From contig JBCNVB010000026.1 of the NCBI GenBank assembly GCA_039630415.1, forward strand, positions 1 to 64,000: a stretch of 64,000 nt of DNA, given 5' to 3'. Shown in pieces: positions 19,816-29,739 of this stretch. Numbering within the stretch: position 1 is the first letter of the stretch; each line of letters starts with the position of its first letter. A program made the position numbers and the translations under genes. This stretch comes from a bacterium (GTDB taxonomy: Bacteria; DRYD01). The notes under the pieces were generated by a model that made no database searches, had not been told where the DNA came from, and saw only the letters and a list, made by a program, of their open reading frames with translations.

Positions 19816-21003
19816 ATGATAAAAACTCAAAAATACGATTTATTTACACCAAGTGAAGAACATCATATTTTAAGGCAGATGGTAAGAGATTTTGTAAAGA
19901 GAGAGGTAGAACCACAAGCTTTAGAACATGATATAAAGGAGATATTTAATGTTAAGTTGTTTAGGAGTTTAGGAGAGTTGGGTTTGTTGGGGTTAACAGT
20001 ACCTCAAGAATATGGTGGAGCTGGAATGGATGCAGTAGCTTCTGTTATAGCTCATGAAGAATTGGCATATTCTGATCCTGGATTTTGTCTTGCTTACCTT
20101 GCACACTCTATACTTTTCGTTAACAACTTCTTCCAAAACTCGAATGATTATCAAAGAAAAAAGTATCTGGGTAAAGTAATTTCGGGTGAATGGATAGGTG
20201 CTATGTGTATGACTGAGCCTGATGCAGGAACTGATGTTTTTGGAATGAAAACTCGTGCAGTCAAAAAAGGTGATTACTATTACATAACGGGTAGAAAAAC
20301 ATACATAACAAATGGAGCTATAGACAAAGATACACCTGCTGATATATTTCTTGTTTATGCTAAAACTGGTGATAGGGAAATAAGCACTTTTGTTGTTGAA
20401 AAAACTTTTGAAGGTTTTTCTCTTGGACAGGTATTAAAAAATAAGACTGGTATGAGATCTTCCATAACTGCAGAATTGGTATTTGATAGCTGTAAGGTAC
20501 CCCAAGAAAATTTACTCGGTAAAGAAGGAGAAAGTACCATTCATATGATGAAAAATCTCGAGATAGAAAGGTTAACATTGGCAGCTATATCCACTGGAAT
20601 AGCTTCTAGGTGTTTAGAAATAATGATAGAATATGCAAACAATAGATATGCTTTTGGAAAGCCTATAAAGGAATTTGGTCAGATTCAAAGATATATAGCT
20701 GATTCTTATGCTAAGTATATGGCTGCAAGGAGTTATCTTTACTATGTAGCTTCAAAAATAGATATGAGTAAGCCAGGGTTTAGAATTGATACTGATGGTG
20801 TAAAATTATTTGCTTCAACAGCTGCTAAGGAAATAGCAGATAATGCTATGCAAGTATTAGGAGGATACGGTTATTTTGCTGAAGCGGTAGTGGATAGAAT
20901 GTGGAGGTCTGCTAAACTTATAGAAATAGGAGGTGGAACACTGGAAGCTCACCAAAAAAACATTACAAAAGACTTAACTAAATACTCTCACAGTATACGA
21001 TAG
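19816..21003 (+). CDS. Acyl-CoA dehydrogenase (isovaleryl-CoA dehydrogenase-like)
   Basis: MCMTEPDAGTD, KTYITNG, GMRSS, QVLGGYGY, EIGGGT. Confidence 0.92.
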   Translation: MIKTQKYDLFTPSEEHHILRQMVRDFVKREVEPQALEHDIKEIFNVKLFRSLGELGLLGLTVPQEYGGAGMDAVASVIAHEELAYSDPGFCLAYLAHSILFVNNFFQNSNDYQRKKYLGKVISGEWIGAMCMTEPDAGTDVFGMKTRAVKKGDYYYITGRKTYITNGAIDKDTPADIFLVYAKTGDREISTFVVEKTFEGFSLGQVLKNKTGMRSSITAELVFDSCKVPQENLLGKEGESTIHMMKNLEIERLTLAAISTGIASRCLEIMIEYANNRYAFGKPIKEFGQIQRYIADSYAKYMAARSYLYYVASKIDMSKPGFRIDTDGVKLFASTAAKEIADNAMQVLGGYGYFAEAVVDRMWRSAKLIEIGGGTLEAHQKNITKDLTKYSHSIR

Positions 21004-21037
21004 AATATCAACAAAAAACAAAAGAGGAGTGTATTGT

Positions 21038-21793
21038 ATGGATGAATTAATTATATCCGATAAAGAGAGTGTAAGGTATATAACTATCAATAGGCCTAAA
21101 AGTAGAAATGCATTGAACTATGAGCTTATGAAAAAGCTAGCTAGTTCAATAAGACAGGCTAATGAAGATGATAAGATTAAAGTAATAGTTATAAATTCTT
21201 CTTCTGACAAGGCTTTTTGTTCTGGTTTAGATCTGAAAGAATTAAAGACGTTTATCGATAATAACAAGGTAAGGGAATATTTTAATGCTTATTCTCAAAT
21301 TATTCTTGCTTTAGAGGATAGTATAAAGCCGACAGTATCGATAGTTAATGGATATGCGATAGCTGGAGGCTGTGGTTTGGCAGTCGCTTGTGATATAACA
21401 ATAGCTTCAGAAGAAGCCAAATTTGGTGTACCTGAGATAAATTTGGGTATGTGGCCTATGATCATAAGTTATCCTCTTCTTAAATTTGCAAATACCAAAA
21501 AAGTACTAGAGCTATTCTTAACGGGTAGAATAATAGATGCTCAAGAAGCGAAAGAAATAGGTTTTGTTTCTTTTGTAGTAGAAAGCTCCAATCTTCAAAG
21601 TTTTTCGGAGCAAATAATTTCTAAACTTTCTGAAAGAAGTTTAGTTGCTCTAAAAATGGGTAAAGAGGCTTTTGGTTTCGTAGTACAAAATGGATACAGT
21701 GAAAAAATAAAGTATCTCAGGGAAATGAGTGCTATTCTTGCAGCTAACTCCAAAAACAACATAGAGCAATTCCTTCTTAAATCTCAAAAATAA
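21038..21793 (+). CDS. Enoyl-CoA hydratase/isomerase family protein
   Basis: INRPKSRNAL, FCSGLDL, GYAIAGG, FGVPEINLG. Confidence 0.92.
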   Translation: MDELIISDKESVRYITINRPKSRNALNYELMKKLASSIRQANEDDKIKVIVINSSSDKAFCSGLDLKELKTFIDNNKVREYFNAYSQIILALEDSIKPTVSIVNGYAIAGGCGLAVACDITIASEEAKFGVPEINLGMWPMIISYPLLKFANTKKVLELFLTGRIIDAQEAKEIGFVSFVVESSNLQSFSEQIISKLSERSLVALKMGKEAFGFVVQNGYSEKIKYLREMSAILAANSKNNIEQFLLKSQK

Positions 21794-21810
21794 CAAGGGT
21801 AATATTTTAA

Positions 21811-23040
21811 ATGGGTATAGTAAGAATTAAAAAAGCTATATTTTACTTACTTGTTTGCTTATTTGCTTGTTTTTGTTTTTCTTATGCTGGTCACATTAGT
21901 ATTTCTTCTTCTTGTACGGGTAAACCAATATCTTATGAGAATTACCTAATTATACCCGAACATTCTTCTTTAAGGGTAATAGATGAGTCTTTTAATACTG
22001 TTAAAAATATTACTTGCTCTCCTATAAGGTACTTAAAAGTTAATCAGAATAGTGTTGATATTTATAGTTTACATAATGATAGTAGGGTTGAGTTAATTAA
22101 TCTGGATAATAATCTCAATGAGAATAGAACAAATTTTGCAGTAATACCGCATATTGAAGTAAGCAAATTCACTTTTTTCATAGACTACAACATTATTTTC
22201 AATGACTTTAAGGTTATTAGGTTAAATGATTCAAGAATAATTAGTTTACCTTTTGATAAGATGAGATTTATAAATGCTGATGATAGATTTGTTTATTTGG
22301 TTGATGTCTATGATAAGTTGAATGTTTTTAATATAGAAGGGCAGTTAGTAGGTAAGTATAATTTGGGTTCAAGTGTTAGTGGGATAGTAATGTTGGATCA
22401 GGATCATTTTTCAATTGCTTCAATAAAAGGTTTATACGTTATTAGCAAAGGTGACTTTATTGTTAGAAGAAAGCATGATTTTCCAAAAACACCCATGGGG
22501 CTCTATTACTATCCACCTTTCGTTATTATACCTACCGTCGAAAAACTCCATATATACAATTATTCTAATGATACGTTTGTTTCTATACCGTATTCCAAGA
22601 TCACATCCGATGATATTGCTTACGAATACAGCTATGAAGTATACTGGTATAATGGTAAAAGAATTTACCTAGATCCATTGGATTGTTACACTTATGAATA
22701 TGATCCCAAACTGGTATATGTTGATGTTTCTATGTATGATGAAAAAATATATGCTATTGTCTATAGAAGGAGAGAATTTGGAATAAGATACTACTATTAC
22801 AAGGAGGGAACTAAAAAAAGAGATTATATTGAAAAAAGAGTTTACTTGAATGTAGGGGAGATTATTAGAGTCAATACTAATGGATGGTCCTACTCTAACA
22901 CTGTTATTGATAGCTACAGAAGTAGACATGATAATATATTTTTCAGAGAACCAAATTTCAGACCTTACATCGTAAAAATAGGAACAAAAATTTATCTTGT
23001 AAAGACTTATAGGGAATCGATCAGTTTTGAACCATTCTGA
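21811..23040 (+). CDS. Hypothetical exported beta-rich (possible beta-propeller) protein
   Basis: Signal peptide ending SYA; alternating beta-strand pattern; Tyr-rich C-terminus. Confidence 0.6.
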   Translation: MGIVRIKKAIFYLLVCLFACFCFSYAGHISISSSCTGKPISYENYLIIPEHSSLRVIDESFNTVKNITCSPIRYLKVNQNSVDIYSLHNDSRVELINLDNNLNENRTNFAVIPHIEVSKFTFFIDYNIIFNDFKVIRLNDSRIISLPFDKMRFINADDRFVYLVDVYDKLNVFNIEGQLVGKYNLGSSVSGIVMLDQDHFSIASIKGLYVISKGDFIVRRKHDFPKTPMGLYYYPPFVIIPTVEKLHIYNYSNDTFVSIPYSKITSDDIAYEYSYEVYWYNGKRIYLDPLDCYTYEYDPKLVYVDVSMYDEKIYAIVYRRREFGIRYYYYKEGTKKRDYIEKRVYLNVGEIIRVNTNGWSYSNTVIDSYRSRHDNIFFREPNFRPYIVKIGTKIYLVKTYRESISFEPF

Positions 23041-23660
23041 ATACAGTATAAACTTAGCTCTTTGCTGAGAGTTACAACTGTTACTTGATATTTACTACTG
23101 TTTTTCGCGTAATCTTGGACTACTGTTGGGTTTTGGGTAAAGATGAAGAAAGTTATTTTATTTGACGTTTCTTGAATTATTCTTAGCATTGTTAAATAGG
23201 ATGAGTAATCTAGGCCGAGAAATGGTTCATCTATGAGTAAGACGTCTGGTTGTACGATTATACCTCTTGAAATATGAACTTTTTGTCTGTAGCCATATGA
23301 CAAACTACTAACAGGCTTTTTCAAATAATTTTTTAGGTCCCAATATTTCAAAATAGAGTTCAATTGATCTTCAAATTTCAATCTTTTTTTAACGTTCAGG
23401 TTGAAATATATTTTTAAGTTTTCGAGAACTGTAAGATTTTCATACAAATTTTGGAATTCCCATACAAATTGCACGTCATCTGTTTTAAAATACTTATTTT
23501 TGTTAAAGAAAAGTATTTTCATGAGTGTGGTTTTGCCGCTACCGTTTGGACCTATGATAAAGTTAACCGTTGAGGAGTATATTGTTAAGTTTAGATTGTT
23601 AAAGATGGGATGATCTTTGTAGCTAAAAGAAAGGTTTTGGATATTTAATATTTCATTCAT
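23007..23660 (-). CDS. ABC transporter ATP-binding protein
   Basis: GPNGSGKTT, signature LSYGYRQK, LLIDEP; H-loop appears as TQN. Confidence 0.85.
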   Translation of the reverse strand: MNEILNIQNLSFSYKDHPIFNNLNLTIYSSTVNFIIGPNGSGKTTLMKILFFNKNKYFKTDDVQFVWEFQNLYENLTVLENLKIYFNLNVKKRLKFEDQLNSILKYWDLKNYLKKPVSSLSYGYRQKVHISRGIIVQPDVLLIDEPFLGLDYSSYLTMLRIIQETSNKITFFIFTQNPTVVQDYAKNSSKYQVTVVTLSKELSLYCIQNGSKLIDSL

Positions 23661-24412
23661 TTTATTTTTTTGCAGAAGGTGAGGAACATTGAGTGTGATT
23701 GTAATTCATGTTCTGGGCGGCTATAATTTTCTCTAACTATCCACTTTCTTAGCCATATCTCAACTGTTCTAAAGTATATAAATCCGCTTTTTGCAAAAAC
23801 TTTTCTAGCTTCTTTTACTTGTTCTATGTTTGGTACTGCAAAAACTAAATCTCCTCCCGGCTTTAAAGCAAAATTACATAACTCGCAATATACTTGAGGC
23901 TCAGCTATGTCTATTATAACGCAGTCAAAAGTATTATTTTTGAAAATCAAATGCTTTTCATTTGATAATGTAATAACCACATTTTCTTGTTTTGCGAACT
24001 TATGTATATTTTGTTTAGCATTAGATATGTTGTAGAAATTATTGTCAATTGATACTACTTTCTTTACGAAGTTCGATAAAAAAATACTTCCGGCTCCACT
24101 TCCTACTCCTATTTCTAAAACCACTGAATCTTTTGTAAGTGATGTAAAACCTAAGATTAGTGATAAATCTTTTACCGTAAAGGTGTTTGTTGTCCTGTTT
24201 AATTTTACATTAATATCCTGATGCGTAGGTATTAGTACGTAGTATTTTTTATTTGTTGAGGAGATTATAGTTGCCCCATATTCCAGAGGGTAGTTTAGTT
24301 CTATTTTCCCTTTATGCGTTGATATATGTTTGATATTAGTTCTTGTAGAAATGAGTATTGAGGATTCATCTGAATTCCAAAGCAAATAATTTTTTGATAA
24401 ACGATTACTCAT
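23657..24412 (-). CDS. trmI: tRNA (adenine-N1)-methyltransferase TrmI/GCD14 family
   Basis: LEIGVGSGA, DCVIIDIAEP, PNIEQV, RPEH..SHSMFL. Confidence 0.82.
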   Translation of the reverse strand: MSNRLSKNYLLWNSDESSILISTRTNIKHISTHKGKIELNYPLEYGATIISSTNKKYYVLIPTHQDINVKLNRTTNTFTVKDLSLILGFTSLTKDSVVLEIGVGSGAGSIFLSNFVKKVVSIDNNFYNISNAKQNIHKFAKQENVVITLSNEKHLIFKNNTFDCVIIDIAEPQVYCELCNFALKPGGDLVFAVPNIEQVKEARKVFAKSGFIYFRTVEIWLRKWIVRENYSRPEHELQSHSMFLTFCKKIK

Positions 24413-24421
24413 AGAAGATTT

Positions 24422-25333
24422 TCAAGAAGTTTTGATCAATATAAAGTCGTGATTTTTTACTATGTATGATTTGCCAAAGGATTTAAATGGTAGTGTTTTT
24501 ATATCCTGAATTTCATCTACGTTGAATACTTCAGCTTGGATGAATTTTTGAGCTATTTCTGTATGTATTTTTTCACTAGCCTTATGTACATTCGTATTTG
24601 TAGGTATAAGATATTGTCTGGCTTCTCTATTGTTAGCAGTGTAAAATATGGTCCAATAATTCAAGACAGTCTCTTTTATCAGGTTCACTAATAGTTCTAC
24701 TTTTTGCATTATATTGCCATCAACATCGTACAATTTTAGGAAATCGTCTAATTCTTGCTGAGGAATATCAAGTAACTCACTGTATAGCGATAAAGGATAT
24801 TTTACAATAGTTTTGGATATATCTTCTATTTCTTCATCAATTATAATGAGATGACTTTTGATTGATAAAAGACTTAGCTGGGTTATTACTTCTTTGTATT
24901 GATAGTTTATTCGTGCTAGTTGATGGGTATCTAAGTTAGGATAATTGTCAATATGTAATTGTAGTTCACTAAGGATACTTCTTAGAGAAGGATTTTTATT
25001 TATCGATTTAGAGTTCAAGTAGTCTTCTATTATTTCTTTATCTCTGGTTTTTATTTTTTGTATTTCGGAATTCATTTCTTGCTCAGAGTTAAAGATTAAG
25101 ATATTAAAATCGCTTGATACCATTTCCCTTATTGGTTCATTCAGCTTTGTATAGAAGGTAATTGTTTCATAGGTAACTTTTTGTGGTTTAAAGATTTCTA
25201 GGACTTTTTGAAATTGTTTGGTTTCAAGGTTTATTGTTATGGTGGATGTATTTGGTTTATAAGGTTTTTTGAGATAGAACGATATTAGTTTATAAAAGTG
25301 GTGTTTGTGGGTATGGACAAAGATTTTGAGCAT
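24422..25333 (-). CDS. Degenerate YchF-like protein (DUF933/TGS C-terminus intact, P-loop absent)
   Basis: IFYTANNREARQY, KIHTEIAQKFIQAEV, GKSYIVKNHD match the YchF C-terminus; no GxxxxGKS/T. Confidence 0.7.
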   Translation of the reverse strand: MLKIFVHTHKHHFYKLISFYLKKPYKPNTSTITINLETKQFQKVLEIFKPQKVTYETITFYTKLNEPIREMVSSDFNILIFNSEQEMNSEIQKIKTRDKEIIEDYLNSKSINKNPSLRSILSELQLHIDNYPNLDTHQLARINYQYKEVITQLSLLSIKSHLIIIDEEIEDISKTIVKYPLSLYSELLDIPQQELDDFLKLYDVDGNIMQKVELLVNLIKETVLNYWTIFYTANNREARQYLIPTNTNVHKASEKIHTEIAQKFIQAEVFNVDEIQDIKTLPFKSFGKSYIVKNHDFILIKTS

Positions 25334-25335
25334 AG

Positions 25336-27321
25336 TTATCCAAAGATCATGATTGCGAATGCTTTAGTCCAGTAATTGAGTGCCTTTGCGAAGTCTTTAT
25401 TTTGGAAGTATACTACTGCTATATTGAAGTATGAGGGCCAAAAATAGGGGTTAAGTTCTATAACTCTTTCCCATTCCATTAGGGCCAGTTTGTATTTTCC
25501 TTGTACGTAGTATGCTTCTCCTAGATTATGATGTGCTTGCCAGTGTTTCCTGTTTAAGGTTGTTACCTTTTGCCAACTTTTTATTGCTGTTTCTACGTCC
25601 CCCAACTCGAAATAGCTAACGTTTCCGATGTTCCAGTGAGCTTGCCAAAAATCAGGGTTATATAAAACTGTCCTTTTCCAATTCTCTAAAGCTTGCTCTA
25701 TATTGCCTTGAATATAGTATACATTTGCCATGTTAAAGTAGGCTTTCCAGAAAGAAGGTTTTAAACTTACACATTTGTTCCAATATTCTAGTGCTGTATA
25801 AAAATCAGAATTGTTGAAATATATATTCCCCACATAGAAATATGCTTCAGCAAAGTTGGGATTTATTTGTATACACTTATCTAGGTATTCAATTGCTTTT
25901 TCTATATCGTTTATCTCTAAGTAGTACATACCTAAACTGTAGTAAGCCATTACGAAATTTGGGTCTAGTTCTATTACTTTTTGCCAGTAATGGATAGCTT
26001 CATCTACTCTATCTTGGGAGAAATAGGCATTAGCGAGGTTGTACATAGCTTCGATTAGGTTAGGATTTATAACTAATGCTTTTTGCCAGTTTTCTATTGC
26101 TTCTTCGGTAAATCCTCTTTTGTACAGAGCATTAGCTAAGTTATGGTATCCCGCTGCGAATTTGGGATTTAACATTACTACTTTTCTATAGTGAATTATT
26201 GATTTATCTATTTCTCCTACTCTGTATAGTGCTGATGCTAGGTTGTAGTGAGCTACGAAGTTAGCTGGGCTTAATTCTACTGCTTTCGTATACTCTTTGA
26301 GAGCTTCATCTATTTTGTGTAACCCATCGTATGCTGTTCCTAAGTTGTTATGTATAAGTGGGTTGTATGGATCATATTCAGTTGCTTTCTGCCATTCGAG
26401 AATAGCTAACTCTAGATTACCTTGTTTAAAGTAGTTTGTTCCCAAAGTGTTGTGCATTACTGCTTTACTTGGTGAAGTGGTGTATTTTTTTGACTCTTTT
26501 TTTATTGAGTAGAGATTGTCAATAATTTCTCTAAAACTTTCGGGTCTATTTTCTGGTTCTTTGGATAGGCATTTATCGATTATGGAGGATAGCAGTGGAT
26601 TTATTGAAGGGATAATTTTTATAAGGCTTTTGTGTTGTTCTTTAACAATAGCTTCTAGGGTTTGGGTAACACTTTCTTTTTGGAAGGGATTTTGTCCGGT
26701 TAGAAAGTGGTAAAAGACAAGTGCCCAAGAGAAGATATCAGCTTTTTTTGATACATTGTCAGGGGATTTTATCTGTTCAGGAGCCCAAAATATTGATTTA
26801 TCTGAAAATTGCTTACTTTGAAATAAAAAACTACTATCCAAATATCCAAATGCTATGTTTAAAATTTTTATATTTTCTGTGTTATCTCCAAGTAGTACTA
26901 TATTTTTGGGTTTAAGGTCTTTATGAACTATGTTGTATTCGTGGATGTACTGTAGTATTTCTGCTATTTTTGTGAATAGGTCAATAAGTTTGTTTATATC
27001 TGCTTCAGAAGGGTTAAGGTTGGGTTTAAATATATCTTCGGCTTTAATTCCTTCAGCTTTTTCCAATGATACAAAATATATTCCTTCTTGCTCTTGAATT
27101 TCGAATATTTGGGCTACATTTTTATGCTTTATTTTGGTTGATAGTTGTATTTCTTTAAATAGTGTATCTCTTTTTTGGTCATTTTCTAGTAAGAATGGAC
27201 TTAGTATTCTTAGGTATACTTCTCTGTCTATGATAGGGTCAAATGCTAAATATATTTGTCCTAATGGTGTAGAATCTATTTCTTCTTTTAGTTGGTATCT
27301 TCCTATTGTGGAAAAAGCCAT
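25336..27321 (-). CDS. Hanks-type kinase-fold protein with about 11 TPR repeats (likely pseudokinase)
   Basis: HKDLKPKN, APEQ, ADIFSWA, KCLSKEPENRP; 34-aa repeats of the type AHYNLA...A...W.K...LNP. Confidence 0.9.
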   Translation of the reverse strand: MAFSTIGRYQLKEEIDSTPLGQIYLAFDPIIDREVYLRILSPFLLENDQKRDTLFKEIQLSTKIKHKNVAQIFEIQEQEGIYFVSLEKAEGIKAEDIFKPNLNPSEADINKLIDLFTKIAEILQYIHEYNIVHKDLKPKNIVLLGDNTENIKILNIAFGYLDSSFLFQSKQFSDKSIFWAPEQIKSPDNVSKKADIFSWALVFYHFLTGQNPFQKESVTQTLEAIVKEQHKSLIKIIPSINPLLSSIIDKCLSKEPENRPESFREIIDNLYSIKKESKKYTTSPSKAVMHNTLGTNYFKQGNLELAILEWQKATEYDPYNPLIHNNLGTAYDGLHKIDEALKEYTKAVELSPANFVAHYNLASALYRVGEIDKSIIHYRKVVMLNPKFAAGYHNLANALYKRGFTEEAIENWQKALVINPNLIEAMYNLANAYFSQDRVDEAIHYWQKVIELDPNFVMAYYSLGMYYLEINDIEKAIEYLDKCIQINPNFAEAYFYVGNIYFNNSDFYTALEYWNKCVSLKPSFWKAYFNMANVYYIQGNIEQALENWKRTVLYNPDFWQAHWNIGNVSYFELGDVETAIKSWQKVTTLNRKHWQAHHNLGEAYYVQGKYKLALMEWERVIELNPYFWPSYFNIAVVYFQNKDFAKALNYWTKAFAIMIFG

Positions 27322-27325
27322 GGTT

Positions 27326-28201
27326 TTATGTAGGTATTACTTGTAGTTCATTTACTACTTTTCGTATTTTTTCCATTTCATAATCATTTGCTTTTCTTAG
27401 TGGTGGGCGTAGGTTATTTACATCAAAACCTATTAATGATAAGGCATACTTTACAGGTATTGGATTTGTAGTTATAAATAATACTCTGAATAATTCATGT
27501 AGTTTGTAGTGGATTTGTTTGCTTTGAGTTGGATTAGTTGGGAAAGTGGTTATCATTTGTTTAATCATATCGCCTACTAGGTGTGAAGCTACAGATACTA
27601 CTCCCTTGGCTCCCAAAGCTAAAGCTGGTAAAGTCATTATATCATCACCAGAGTATATAGTAAAGTTTGGATTCATAGATAAAATATCTGAAATTTTGGT
27701 TATATCCGGATGGGATTGCTTTAGACCAATTATGTTTTTTATCTTTGAAATTTCAACTATTGTTTTTGGTTCTAAGTCTATTCCTGTTCTTGAGGGAATG
27801 TTGTATATGATTATGGGTTTGTTAGTTTGACTGGCTAAAAATGAGAAGTAGTTAATCAAAGCATCTTGAGGGGGTTTATTGTAATACGGAGTTGTTATTA
27901 AATATCCATCTAAATCTATTTTTTCTAGTTGTTCTAACTGTTCTAGTGCTTGGGAAGTATTATTGGATGATATGTTTGCTATTACTGGCATTTTGGTTGT
28001 AGTTTTAACAAACTTAGCTATTTCTATTTTTTCTGATAGTGTTAGAGTTGGTGATTCTCCTGTAGTACCAAATACTAGTAAGCTATCACTATTTTTTTCG
28101 AGATGTATTAATAATTTTTCTAATTCTTTGAAGTTGATTTTTAAGTTACTGTCAAATGGGGTTATACAAGCGGTTATTACGTTTCCAAATTTGTTTTCCA
28201 T
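27326..28201 (-). CDS. dapA: 4-hydroxy-tetrahydrodipicolinate synthase
   Basis: GTTGESPTL, PYYNKP, YNIPSRTG, GLKQS, YSGDD, NPIPVK. Confidence 0.95.
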   Translation of the reverse strand: MENKFGNVITACITPFDSNLKINFKELEKLLIHLEKNSDSLLVFGTTGESPTLTLSEKIEIAKFVKTTTKMPVIANISSNNTSQALEQLEQLEKIDLDGYLITTPYYNKPPQDALINYFSFLASQTNKPIIIYNIPSRTGIDLEPKTIVEISKIKNIIGLKQSHPDITKISDILSMNPNFTIYSGDDIMTLPALALGAKGVVSVASHLVGDMIKQMITTFPTNPTQSKQIHYKLHELFRVLFITTNPIPVKYALSLIGFDVNNLRPPLRKANDYEMEKIRKVVNELQVIPT

Positions 28202-28215
28202 TTTGCCCTCCTGGA

Positions 28216-29316
28216 TTATCCTAGAATATAGTTAAGTATGTTTGTTGCAAACCCACCTCTTGTTAAAAAGAATTCTATAGTTAATTTGTAATAACCTTCA
28301 AATATTTCATCTTTTTCAAAATTGTAATGTTTTATGTCTGGTAGTATAAATAGATTTCTTTTTTGGTAATCTTGTATTTGGTGTTGAATGTTTATTTCTT
28401 CTTCTGGATAGATTAATTCGAGTGTAGGATTGAAGTTGGTTAAAAAGTTTTGGATAACTTCCTGTGGGATAGTAATTTCATATTGTTTTACGATGTAATT
28501 ATCGGTAGTGTTTTTTATAAGTTTAGATAGTTCAGTGTTGAATTTGTATGAAAAGTAGGCTTGTTTAAAGAGAGAGGAGAATTTGTGGGGGAATTCTTTC
28601 CAAGCTTTTTTGTAGTTCCTTTTTTTAGATAGTATTTTTAGGAATATTTTTTCGAGATCCATGTATTGGGGTAATTTCAATTCTAGAGCTTGATCTATAT
28701 TGAAGTTTTGACCTTCAAAGAGATCTCTTAATTTTTGCCTAGCTTTTTTTACCTTTCGATTTTCATTCTTACTTGATGAGCAGAGTAGTAAGTAGGTGGC
28801 TTCAAAGTATTTATTGTTGAGCAGATAGTAACCTATTACATGATTTATGTATCTTTTCCCGAATCGTTGAATATCATAGTAGTTAGGGATTTTTATTTGT
28901 CTGCTTATTATTTTTTGTATTCTTTGATTTACGATATCTAGTTCTTTTATTTTTCTAGCTGTTATTTTAAAGTAATTTCCTATCATTATTTCTGGTGATA
29001 TGTTATGGGTATCGAAAAGGTATAGTAATTCAAATCCGTTTGAAGAGATTTCGGAGGGTATGATGTTGAGTTTTGGAGTATAGATTATTTGTTTAGTTTG
29101 AGCGTATTTATCTTTTTCGCCGAAAAAATTTATTTTTGCTATTGGTATTTTGAGAATTTTAGATATTCTCATTAAGCAATTAAACATTGATGTATTTTGT
29201 TTTGATAGTAGGAATAAGGAGAAGTTAGATCCTTTGTTAAATTGAGGTATAATTTTTTCGATAACGATGAAGTCTTGGTAGTGGTACTTTATTATCCCCT
29301 TTGGGTGGGATATCAT
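28216..29316 (-). CDS. truD: tRNA pseudouridine(13) synthase TruD
   Basis: DFIVIE, GEKDKYAQTKQ, GNYFKI, PNYYDIQRFG, FFLTRGGFAT. Confidence 0.88.
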   Translation of the reverse strand: MISHPKGIIKYHYQDFIVIEKIIPQFNKGSNFSLFLLSKQNTSMFNCLMRISKILKIPIAKINFFGEKDKYAQTKQIIYTPKLNIIPSEISSNGFELLYLFDTHNISPEIMIGNYFKITARKIKELDIVNQRIQKIISRQIKIPNYYDIQRFGKRYINHVIGYYLLNNKYFEATYLLLCSSSKNENRKVKKARQKLRDLFEGQNFNIDQALELKLPQYMDLEKIFLKILSKKRNYKKAWKEFPHKFSSLFKQAYFSYKFNTELSKLIKNTTDNYIVKQYEITIPQEVIQNFLTNFNPTLELIYPEEEINIQHQIQDYQKRNLFILPDIKHYNFEKDEIFEGYYKLTIEFFLTRGGFATNILNYILG

Positions 29317-29319
29317 AGT

Positions 29320-29739
29320 TTAGTAGGAGAATAGTTCATGATCTTGGAAAAAGATTTTGATTTCTCTTTCAGCATCTTGAGGAGATTCACTTGCGTGGAC
29401 TAGATTATTTTGGATGGAAGTTCCAAAGTCGAATCTAATAGTTCCTACATCGGCTTTTCTACAATCTGTAGCTCCAACCATTTTTCTTACTTGTTCTACT
29501 ACATCTGGCCCTTCCAGAGCCATTACTACTACGGGGCATGAGGTTATAAATTCTACTAGAGATTCGAAGAATGGTTTAGAAATATGTGCCTCATAATGTT
29601 TTTCTGCCAATTTTCTATCTATCCATACCATCTTCATTCCAACTATCTTATACCCTTTATCCTCAAACCTTTGAATTATTCTACCTATTAGTTTCCTTTG
29701 TACAGTATCCGGTTTAAGAATTATTAGAGTTCTTTCCAT
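29320..29739 (-). CDS. ndk: Nucleoside diphosphate kinase
   Basis: MERTLIILKPD, HYEAH..KPFF, GTIRFDFG, NLVHASES. Confidence 0.97.
   Translation of the reverse strand: MERTLIILKPDTVQRKLIGRIIQRFEDKGYKIVGMKMVWIDRKLAEKHYEAHISKPFFESLVEFITSCPVVVMALEGPDVVEQVRKMVGATDCRKADVGTIRFDFGTSIQNNLVHASESPQDAEREIKIFFQDHELFSY

Noticed and set aside
25340-26470. Roughly 102-bp periodicity as a possible CRISPR or DNA repeat array
   Set aside because: Explained by 34-aa TPR repeats; no identical DNA repeats with unique spacers
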